From assembly GCA_951804945.1 (NCBI GenBank), contig OX638161.1:36456001-36520000 (forward strand): 64,000 nucleotides of DNA. The letters are read 5' to 3'. Shown piece by piece: positions 25,423 to 36,895 of this stretch (its first letter is position 1; each line of letters opens with the position of its first letter). Origin of the DNA: Podarcis cretensis. Lineage: Eukaryota. The notes below the pieces were generated by a model, which had not been told where the DNA came from, did no database searches, and saw only the letters and a list, made by a program, of their open reading frames with translations. The translations under genes were made by a program, and so were the position numbers.

Positions 25423-26022
25423 ATGCTGAGCTCAGTGTGCGTCTCCTCTTTCCGCGGGCGCAAGTCTGGGAACAAGCCGCCGTCCAAGTCATGTTTGAAA
25501 GGGGAGATGGGCCGGAACGAAGACAACGACAAGATAGTCATCAACGTGGGCGGCATCCGGCATGAGACGTACCGCAGCACCCTCAAGACCCTGCCGGGCA
25601 CGCGGCTGTCGTGGCTCACCGAGCCCGACGCCTGCAGCAACTTCGACTACGACCCCAAGGCCGACGAGTTCTTCTTCGACCGGCACCCGCAGGTCTTCGC
25701 CTACGTGCTCAACTACTACCGCACGGGGAAGCTGCACTGCCCGGCCGACGTGTGCGGGCCCCTCTTCGAGGAGGAGCTGGCCTTCTGGGGCATCGACGAG
25801 ACCGACGTGGAAGCCTGCTGCTGGATGAACTACCGGCAGCACCGCGACGCCGAGGAGGCCCTCGACAGCTTCGAGGCGCCCGAGAGCCAGGACGATGAGG
25901 AGAGCGGAGACCTCAAGCGCCACTGCCTGCAGGAGGACGGGCGCAAGCTGGGCCGGTGGGCCGCCATGCAGCCCAAGGTGTGGGCGCTCTTCGAGGACCC
26001 CTACTCCTCCAGGATGGCCAGG
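25423..26022 (+). CDS. KCNC3: Kv3.3 coding exon 1: N-terminal inactivation peptide and T1/BTB domain (exon probably begins at 25149)
   Basis: [13 protein letters not shown] start; [20 protein letters not shown] and the Kv3 zinc motif HCPADVC...CC; 200 codons; AGG|gtgagt donor. Confidence 0.95.
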
Positions 26023-29000
26023 GTGAGTAGTGCGGGGCTGGGGGCTTGGGGCACCCACCCGCTCACCTAGATGCTTCCTCGGGCTCACCTCATGTGGGCA
26101 GCATGGAGGAGCAGGATAGAGATACCTATGGCTGCTGCTGCTGCTGCTATTGCTGTTAGCATCGTGACTACTAGCATTGACGCTCTTGTCCCCACTAGTG
26201 GCACAGGGGAAGGCAAGCAGGGGAGCGGGGAGGCAGGGTCCCTGCCCCAAGGAACTTACAGATCTAAATGTTGACAAGAGGAGTCAGGGGAGAGTAGCAG
26301 AATAGGGGCAAGCATAGTTAAGGCTGGCAGAAGTTAATCCCACTCTGTTCATTGGGGCTTATTGCCAAGGAAGTGCAGAAAGGTTTGAGGGCAGCCTTGG
26401 TTTGTGTAGGGGAGAGGAGAGGCGAGCATCCTAGCTTTTCTCTCCCTCCCTTACACTGAGTCAGGTCCCAGGTGCATTTAGCCCAGAATGACTACTCCGA
26501 CAGGAGATGGCTTTGCAAGGTCTCAGGCTGCTACTTTTCACTTGGAGAGGGAAAAATTAAAGCTGGGAACATCTGAGTCCAAAGCATGAACTCTGCCTCC
26601 CTGAACTGAGTTCATTCTCCCAGTCTCTGGTTATGGCTGGAGGTGGGACAGAGTAAGCAAGAGAAATTTCTCTTTAAATGTTCTTTTGCTTGTTTCGCAA
26701 TTGTCCCTTGGCTCTGTTCAACAGGAGGCCTTCTAGCCTTCTTCTTTGCTGTAAACCCTGACAACTTCCCAAAGAAACCTCCCCCCCCCAAAAAAAATGT
26801 ACTTTTAAGAGAAAGGGGTGCAAGGCAGGTGGAAAAGGTGAGATGTAAAAGGTCAAGAGTGGAGGTGCAGGCTAATGTTGGAGGTGCAGTTGAGATGTGC
26901 AAGACTTGTCCCAAGCGAAATGGGCAATGGCACAATGCGCAGACTAGCGCAGAGGGACTGGTGTGCAAGGGTCCATGTGCAATGCTTGGTAAGCATGGAT
27001 GGATGTGGAAATGTGGGGGGGGGAGAGAAGGATGTGTGAGTGGCACTGGGTGCTGGAGGTGAAGGCAGATTATGCAGTAGAAAAGATGAGGTTGCCAGTC
27101 TGAGTGTGCAAACAGAACAGACTGAGAAATGGAGATGTTCTGCAGGCAGGGATGTTTTTCAGGAGCTGATGGCACCAGTCACATCTTAGGCACACACAAG
27201 CGATGTGCACCGTACACTGAAGTGCCCTGTAGAGAGAACATATACAGTAATAAGTCAGATACTGCAAACAGACATCTAGAGGAAGGAATGGTTGGCTGGG
27301 AGAATACAGAATGTGGAGCGGAGAATGGTGCAGGTTTCAGAGGTGTCGCAAGGGCAATGGAAGAGGTGCACTCAGCCATGTCGAGGCATGCAAAATGTTA
27401 CAGAAAATAGGAGAAGTTAATGTGCAGGCTAAGAGGGGGTGACTGAATGAGCCTGAATGATAGAGAGGGGCAGTGATTCCGGTTCAGGGAAAGCGTGCAA
27501 GAGACCCAAGTGTGAGAAATGGAACTCTAAGGAGAAAGGAGCATGAGGAAAGGAAGGGGGATCATGCAAGGAATGCTGCTGGTGGAAGTGAAAACGGGGT
27601 GCAAGAAAAAAAAGTTGAGCTCAAGAGTTGAGCACCACGGGACACGAGCGTGCGAATGAGTGTAGTAGTGTGTAGCAGCAGGAGGATCCAGACACGCATG
27701 CGCTGGGCTTATGACTTGCTTATCGGTGTCAGGGTGAATGCCTTGATCTCCAGCAGGAGGTGCTGCTAAAACAGCTCCAAGTCCTTTCTTCACTGTCCCC
27801 CAAAATAAGGTCCCCTGTCCTCCTCCTCTCTGGTCTCCACCATCCCCTCCACACACAGTTTATCTCAGGTCTCACTTGTGCCCTTCCTGAATTTTGGAAT
27901 CCTCTGGTCTCACTGCAGTTTTGCGTAGTCCCCCCGCCCCCACTGCATGCCCCACTGCCAAATCTAGGGATCTTTCCTTTTCTCTCCATTCAGCCCAAAT
28001 CGACATCATCTATCCAGGGAGAAACTCCAGATCTCCTCCCCCAATCTTCAGCAATGCAGTTCTGAATTGGCTCCCCCCCCCCTTCCCAGTGTGCTTGAAT
28101 AATGCTGCTCAAAACTGCCCCCTTCCCAGACACTGCAGTTTAGAATCCCCCATCCTGCACTGCACCCCCAAATATCGCTCTCCTTACTGCATCCCCCCGT
28201 TCTTTTCCCCTTTTCTTTTTTTAGCCTATGCAGCTAAAGCCTTTCCTTAGGTAAAGCACTGTATAACTTCTTTTTGCAGAGCAGCTGAAAGGGGGGGGGG
28301 GTTAATGAAAGTCTGCTGCTTGTTCTCTCTCTCCTTCCCCCCCCCACCCCCGGCAACCCCTCCAGTATTACCTCTAGGACAATATTAGTGCTTTGCTATC
28401 TCTAGAACTGCAGAGCCAGCGGGTTGAGAAGGGGGGGAGGGGGCACCGCAGTGCAGTGTGGAAGCCCCAGAGTTTGCAGTGCAAAGCCGGCATTCTGCAA
28501 TCCATTCCCCCTCCCCTCGCCCCAGGCAGCTGCTCTCAAGGGTGCAAGGCCTGTCCGGTCCCTTTATTCAGCCCCCCCTTCCTCCCCCATGCAGTTGGGA
28601 ATGCAGCCAGAAAAAAGTTACAGCAGGGAGGAAGAGAGGGCAGGAGTGTTGGGGAGCAGGAAAGGGAGGGGGTTTGCTGGCAGTGGGAGCCAAGAAACCA
28701 ACGGGACTATGAGGCAATGCTGCATTCAGGTGGACAGCACGTCAGGGATTCCATAAACAGAGGAGCTGGTTGAGAACTGAAGCCAGCATCTCCCCACTAG
28801 CAGCCGATATAACGGTGGCTCCCCACTTTATGCATTTACAGAAATGGCATATGTATGCTATAACTACAGTAGCGCCCCCCCCCCCGCAACCTTCTCTCTT
28901 TGGGCATTTGTGTATGAATAAGAGAAAGACGCAAATCAGTACTGAAGTTTGCAAAGTTGGGGGGGGGAGTTGAGGTTCATGCCCCAAGCACAGTGTTTGA

Positions 29001-32000
29001 ATTACCTGCTTATGAAAAAGGATGCAAAGAGATTGGCCCCCATCCACCACTATCCTCACCAGACAGGCAGACAGAAGGAAAGAATATGGACTGGGGAAGA
29101 GGAGATAGAAAACCATATCGGTGGACAGCATAGTGAATAGATTGATGGGCCAAAATGCACTTCTGAATAATGCTTCTCCAATACGCAAAGACACATTTGC
29201 TTCGTTTTCGTTCACTCTGCACACACCAGCATGCATATTTTATAGTGATGCATAGGCAGGCTGGGGCTACAAAATCTGTACCAGAGCATATTTGATAGCT
29301 GCATCTAAGTCCCTACGTATCAGAGAGGGGTAAAGTTTGTGCGTTGAGAGAACAAATAGACAATGAATGAATAAAGACAAACACGGAGATCCTCTTCTTC
29401 CTCTCCTTCCCAGATCTTTTCACATCACAATTGTTCTTTTTAAGTTTGGCTTTTCTCTATCAGTTTGCACCTTCTTTTAAACTGGACTGTGTCCCAACTT
29501 TGATCCTGGAAGCACTTCAAGTCCCTTCATGGTATATAGACAAGGAAAAAGTTCCAGAGGGGCAGCTGCATTAATGTGGTGCACCAAATATAAACCAAGA
29601 GGCAACCTTAAAAGTTTTGTCACGGGCTCAATGGCAGTTCCTTGAGTAATTATGTATAATCATGTATATATTCCCATTTGTGTGGGTAGAGAAACATATT
29701 ATATAACATAATTTGATTAAATCCAATGTAATTCTAAGCATGTTTGCTTGGAAGTTCAGTGGGACTTTGCAGCTAGCAAATGTGCTCAGGGTTGCAGTCT
29801 CAAATTGCCATTTGTAGTGTACAAATGGCGCTTACTCATAAATTAAAGACAAAGTGCAGGTATGTATACATATGCCTGTATGCAAATGGAAAGCATAAAT
29901 ATATGTACTCAGGACTGTTATTTCCCTTTACATTTCTCCCAACACTACAATTTTGTACTTTAACCACGTTTGAAGTATGGCATGAAAGTTTATTTCTTCA
30001 TTAGCTGTGTGGACAGCAAACTCATACGTATGCTCACAGCTACATAACAATTAGGGAAAATATCACAGGCAAAGCAGCTTCATCTTTGTAATATTATATT
30101 ATATTAATGTATATATTTTTAGGTATACATGCACGAGGGAACAAAGTATGGCCACATAACTCAGACAAGCCTGTTTTCAGTACGCAAAGGGTTATATATG
30201 GAATAAATGGGGGATGCGTTCTTTCAGGGAGGATGTTTAAAATGATGAAAATCAGATAAGTATCATTTACCACTGCATGCATTTTTAACGCCCAGATCCT
30301 TGTTCAGGGCAAATCTGCACTTTTTAATCAAATCGGGAACTAGGAACCCCGACTTCAGCATCATATAAAATGGATGATTTTTTTCTTTTCCTGCCAGCCT
30401 TGCAAGGGAAGTTCTGAGTTAAAATCCAATATACCCCTTCACTGTAATCAGCTATAAAGTTGAACCTTGGACCAAAAAAGGTTGATGCATCCAAAGTATT
30501 TGTGTCTGTCCAGCAGACTGAGAGCCAGTACCAGCTTCTGTGCTAAGGGAATTTATTTTTAACCAAGTTCACCTCTGCCTCTCCATCCCATCCTCACCTG
30601 TGATGTGCAAACATTGCTTTTATTCTTGAGGCTGAAAGAGAAGGCAAAGTCTTTTTGTCCTATAGGAGGCACTAGAGAGACAGTGCCAACACTGCAACAG
30701 AGCCGAGTCTTTCTTTTATCCATTTAGCAAACTCTGCACAAATTTCCGTGTCCCTTTGCTGGAGATCCTTGCTGTGCCCCCTTCCCTTTCATATTAATCC
30801 TCTGGCTTTCGTCTTCCCTGCATGATTAGCAAGCCAGTGCAGAAATTCTGGTTCAGCTTCTTAGGGAATTCAAAGGAAAGTAGATATGTGGGGGAAAGGA
30901 GGGGGGAGAGAGGATTTTTTTTTTTTTAAGGCTTTTAATGACTCTTGTGAATAATGACTGCAGAAAGGGAACAGATTCCAGATGCTGGCAAGAGCCAGCT
31001 ACAAAGGGTGGCTTCTCTTATTTATTACAATGTGGGGCTCAAGCATCTCAATTCTCTAGTCTCCCCTTGTGTTAGTTTAAACACCTCCTCACTCAGAGAG
31101 TTCTGGCATTCAGCAGCCCAATTCAAATTTGCCAGCCTCCATTCTTGTCCCAAAGGCTACAGAAGTTCTGGTCCTGAACACCATCTTAACCCACAAGCCC
31201 ATCTCCTTCTCCAATGAATCCAGGAGACCTAGTTGCCAGCTCTCACTGTTTTAACCTCCTAGACTCAACACTCCTCTAATTCAACTACCCCTATTCCCAG
31301 TATATCCACTCCCCTGATTTAAAAAACCAGCAGTTCTAGAGCAGTTCTCATATTTTCCCCTGCAAATCCAACTTCTTTCATGGCAATTGGGGAACTGTCA
31401 TTGCCCTTGTCCCTCCTCATTTCACGCTCCTGCAGCCTTATCTGCTACCTACTCGGGGACCCAGTAAATCTCCCCTTGTATTCCCTAGAGTCACTCTTTG
31501 TCCCCCAAATCAAGAGTCCTGCCATGTAATTTTGCCTCTGCTCTTAAATCACTAAACTCAGTGGGTCAAAATTTCAGATATCCAGTTAATTGAATACGGA
31601 TTCATAGTGCAGGTTAGAGCGGTAGGTACTCTTAAAGCCTTCTGTCCACTCAATTTCCTTCCAAGACCAAGATGATCCTGGCTTTGCACGTACATACATA
31701 CGCACGCAAGCACACATTCCAACTCAGTAATTCCAGTCTTTCCACAGAAGCTCTTGCCTATTCTTTCAAACATGCATTCTCACACTCTTATCACTCTTGG
31801 TCCTGTGTGACCTCAGTGGTGCCATCTGTGCCCCACTCAGAATGAAAGGAAGCCCTCCTCCTGCCCCGCAAATGCAGCAGGACTGGCTTACTGCATTTCA
31901 AAGTGAGTGAATATATATACATTGCCATCTAAACAGGGACCCCATGTGGGACCGCACTGCCCACAATCTTAACTTACTTAACTGCACCGCCGTGTGGCTT

Positions 32001-32459
32001 TGCTCAATAACTCAGCAATCCGAGCATCCCATTCCTACCCTACTTTCTGTCAATCTGTATACTCACCCCCTGCTTTCAGTTCACAGAGCCCAAACATTTT
32101 TACTGTCCGTTTAGTCCTCTCTCCTCACTATCTGACCCCTCTACATACCCTTCACAGAAACCCCTGGAGTTTCGGAAAGCCCTCTTGCCAAATCGCACTT
32201 GACTCCTTTCCATCAACTTTTCCTCTGAAAATCATGGGTGCCTGGGGGTCCCCAAGCAATCCTTTACCCACAGCTCTCCAGAGGAAGCAAATCCCACCCC
32301 CACTTCCCTCCAGTATTGTGGAAAGATGCCCACTTTTACCCCAGGCGCTGAAGGACTATTGCAGTTTAATCCATTCCCTCCCCTTCATTCCTTGCCGCTC
32401 TCCATGGTACTGAATTGCAGTGTTACATCCAGTAATAGCGGCAGCAAAGGGAGAGAATT

Positions 32460-32465
32460 CACACA

Positions 32466-32522
<57 letters not shown>
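32460..32522. repeat. Compound (CA)n(GA)n microsatellite; other simple repeats near 9374, 17477, 22325, 35273, 35862, 36487, 36863, 46492 and 62644
   Basis: Direct inspection. Confidence 0.95.
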
Positions 32523-32525
<3 letters not shown>

Positions 32526-35270
32526 TCTCCCTGCCTGTAAGCATTGTTGATAGAGGTTATTCTATGATGCTATGTATAGAGAGAGGAAGAAAATGATAGA
32601 ACTGGAGAGAAAATTAATGAATTAGTACACAGTGTCAGGTGGGGGGCGGTGTTGACATGCATAATGTCCAGTTCAGCCATTAATACTCTGAAGAAAGGGC
32701 CAAAGCACTGCAGCCTTGGGTGCCCCCCTTTTTTTTTTAAAAAAAAGGCTGGCATTGAGGTGTGTGCATTTGAGAGCAAGGTCGTTTGAGCATCTTTACT
32801 TTGTTGCATAATAGTTTAATGTGACACAGATTTCACATGAGAGGGGCGAAGAGGGGGTGAGGGAGCTGAAAGATGGGGTGAGGAAGGATGACAGCCAAGG
32901 CCATATATATCGGGAAGTCTGCCTTGCTTTCTGAGCTCCTGGGCCCCTTATTGTGCCCAGGCAGAAGGATGTATGTGTGGTAGACTTTGGAAAGAGCAGC
33001 AAGACCATAATATGGGAATAGTGGGGAGACTGGAGAAGGGAGAGGCTGTCTTAGCCTTCTCCACAAAAATGCTGACTTCTGTTCAATAAATAAACTCCAG
33101 GACCCCAGACTTGAAACTGTTCTGCTAAATTCCCTCATCCTCCGCTGCCTCTCCAGTGGCCTTTACGACCCTCACCATTTTTCTCCCCTTCCAGAAGGGA
33201 GCTAAATCACAGCTTGTTTTCTATCTCTGGCCTGAAATCAACCTTAAGTCTTTCCCCTCTCAACACTCCTTCCTCAGTTTTTTCTCCATCCTTCAGCCTC
33301 TGACCCCTGCCCATAAACCCATGCCTTCCCCCCTCTCCTTTTTGCTGATAATGTATCTGCTAACCTTCACCTCAGATTTTTCTCAGCACCTTTTTCTTCA
33401 CCTCACAGTTCTTTCTTGACCTCCATTCCCCAGTTTTCTTCTTATCATGCTCCCTGCATTAAGCCAAACTTTGTTCCAAAACACCTTCTCCAAACCATTC
33501 CGCTCACTGTGTTCTCACTGCCAGCCCGCTCTGCTGCTCCCCACTTGTGAGACACTTGCAGCAGTCATCACCTTACTCTAGAGCTTCCTCGATGAGGGGG
33601 GAAAGAATGAAATGCATAACTCCGATGAAGCGGACTCTCTAGTCCAGAAAACCTTACGCCATGGAAAAAAAGAAGTGTTGATCTTTCAGGGGCCACACAA
33701 TGCACCAACAGACTGACATGGCGCCAGCCCCGTGAAACATGAAATCGAGAAACACTCCAAAATAATTTCAAAATCCACATTAGGGCAATACCTTTATTAG
33801 GTCAACCAAAATATTACAAACTGCATGCAAGCTTTCTCCAGAACCTTTCCTTTTCATGTGTCTCCAAAGTAAGTGATCTTATGAGGGTTGCAGCATAAGG
33901 CCCCTTCTGCACCCTTCATATGCATGCCGTTGTTTGAAGTTCAACTTATCTCTAAAACTACCCATCCCTTCTATATCTGCTTATTGTGCCTACCTCCACT
34001 TTCAAATATCTTTGCTGGAAACAGATCTGACACCAGTTATCCTCAGAACGTCATTGCAACCTGAATCACAGTCCTCTGCAATGACCTAACTCGTTACAAT
34101 GCCCCTTTATATAACTTCCATCCATACAATATTAAGTTAATACTATTAACCAATCCCCCCCCCTCTCTCTCTGTGTGTCTGTGTGTCTGTGTGCGTGCGT
34201 GCAAGAGGTAGGGAGGGGTTACTTGCTCTTCTTTGACATCTTTCGTCATATTTGCCCATCTCAAAGGTCTAAAATAAGCTTCCTGCCACTTCCCTCCACA
34301 AATCTCACTTTGTGCCACCAAGTACCCAGGAGTCTTGTGCTTCCAAAGCCCACCCTGTTCTAAACCTCAACCAATACTTCTATTGCTATTCCCAGAGGTC
34401 CCAGACATCCCGTCTGCTCCAGACCTTGACAGACTTGCCTCCTCCTCCGGGAACCCAGTTGTTCTAGATCCACAGCAGCCCTGGTAGCTACCAGGAGTAG
34501 CTACCATGGTGTGCTCCACATGATTTGGACCACAGCTCCCAACAGCTCCAGCCAGCATGGCCAGTGGTCAGGGATGATGCATGTTGTAGTAAAAACAAAC
34601 AAACCACATTTGGAGCGCATCACATTGGTTACCCTGCTTTAACTCAATAAATCCCATGCTTCTCCCCGAATAGCTAGAATTCTCCCTGAATAAGTAGCTC
34701 TTCCCTTCCCTGCCCACCTCTGGCAATCCTTTCCCCTTGTGAATGCAGAAGTCCTGCACCAAAGGACAGCTCTCTTGCAAGTTCCACATTCATAGGTAAC
34801 TTTGGCTTTGCAAGGAGTAGAAAGACCAGTGAGAGCTGACTTTCTCTTTTGCTGCTCACAAGGAGAGGTGGGTTGCTGATGTGGTGCAGTTAAGTAACTT
34901 TGGACTTAGGGGGAGAGTCCTCTTAAGGTGGCAATGTGACTTCACCTATTTCCAAATTTAGTCAGCCGGCTGTGCTGTGTTTGAGTCCCTGCTACTCATT
35001 CTGCTGAGTGGGCCCCTGGACTTCTGCCCCAAAGTCCAGCCACTGAAGGTGCCTTGCATAATGTCCAGGGAACACCTCGTAACATTTGCTGGATTTGTGA
35101 TAATAATTTGCCCCCATCAGCTGTCCAGTTTGTAGAGTAGAAGCTTTGAACAGCCAAGGGGGAGAGCCAAAGTCATCTCAGGGTAACAGTGGCGGCCAAA
35201 CCATGACTCTTCCAGGGACCAGAATAACATGTCCTCCTTTTTCTTTTTCTTGACTTTGTGCCCACCACCA

Positions 35271-35311
<41 letters not shown>

Positions 35312-35856
35312 TTCCTTTACTTCTCACCCCTACTGGATTCCCCATCTGCTACTTCAATATGCTCCCTCATTCATTTCAGGCAAAAGGGGCTATTTCTGTG
35401 CTGACGGAGGGACAGCTGGATCCCAACCCAGAGGGGTGGGGGCAGGATTGGGTTTGACAGGGTGGTGGTAAGAGGACAAAACCTCTATCTTTTCAAACAG
35501 GGTCCTAATAGGTTGGATGGAGAACCAGAGACTTAGGATTTGGGGGCTATTTAGAAGAAGAGAAGCTCAGAAGGTGGAAAGAAGGTGCTAGCAAGGTCTT
35601 CTCTTTCTGGTGTTTCCATTAATTCTCTGTGTCTGACCTTGCATCAATCCGTCCCACACCAAAAAATAATAATTAAAAAATGGTCCAGAATCAGATATAT
35701 GAATAATATTTCTTCTCTCTCCCATGTATTCTGCCCTGAACTCCATTTGCTGACACACACCATCTTTCCCAGGAGGCATAATTCATTATTTCTACCAAAA
35801 TGAATTGGGACTCCCAGAGCTGCTAAAATGGGGACCCATATAGCTGTCTTCCTCAT

Positions 35857-35899
<43 letters not shown>

Positions 35900-36859
35900 G
35901 GAGATAATGGCTGTAAAATGGTGCATGTGTGGGGAGGAGGAGGGTGTACAGAGAAGAAGGCATCACCAACCCAATATATCCAGCAGCTGGGAATATTATA
36001 TGAGAGAACAACTCAAGACTCTGGAAGTGAGTCACCAATGCTAGATGGTCCCCAGGAACGTTGCTTTCCTTTGGGATCTCAAAAGGCCTCCCTCCCTTCC
36101 CTCCCCACCTTGGAGAAAAATGATAGACCTAAAACACACACACAAAAAGCAAGATCAGAGCATCAGTTCCATCTATCCTCTATACTTTCTGTTTATTCAT
36201 CTATCCAATCACTGCTTTCTCTTTCTCTTCTTCTCCCTCCTCCCATGCCTTGTCCTGTGCTTCCTGGATCCCTTGGCTTGCCCATTCTTCTCCTCCTCCT
36301 TTCTCTCTCTCTCTCTCTCCCTCTCCCCCCCCCCACTTCCTGGGCACCGCACTGCGCTTCAAAAGAGATTCTAGGGTTTGTGTGCAGAAACTGCTGACGG
36401 GACGGGAATTCTGTGCAGTGCAGAGATCCAGCGAGTGGAAGAGAAAGCAGAGAGATTGCTTTGCAGAAGGAGATGGGGATATGGCGCGTGTGTGTGTGTG
36501 TGTGTGTGTGTGCGTGTGTGCGTGCATGCACACACACACACTCACACACATCCATAGTTAAATGTGTTAGTGTGGAGTGTGTGTACACATATGTGTGAGC
36601 AAGAAAGTGTTCCTGCATTGCACAAGGCTATATGATCTCTGTGTTGGGACATGCATGCTAAGTGTGTGCATAAAGATACATGGGGCTATCTGTATCTGTG
36701 TACAGCATGCCCAACTGCATGTACATGCATGGAAGTATGTGGGTATGTATGGGTGCAAGAAGTGTTGCCTGGGAAAGTCATGTTCCATGCAAGTGTAGAA
36801 GCATGTTTGGATGTGCTCAAATTGAACAGTCATTTGCTATGTGCATAATAACAAAGGAT

Positions 36860-36895
<36 letters not shown>

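Larger units (their letters stand above)
24780..26060. promoter_or_regulatory. CpG island covering the KCNC3 5' leader and first coding exon
   Basis: Very high GC content and dense CpG compared with the CpG-depleted flanks. Confidence 0.85.

Noticed and set aside
24791-26277. Overlapping antisense and alternative-frame ORFs over KCNC3 exon 1
   Set aside because: Expected by-product of a GC-rich CpG island and GC3-biased codons
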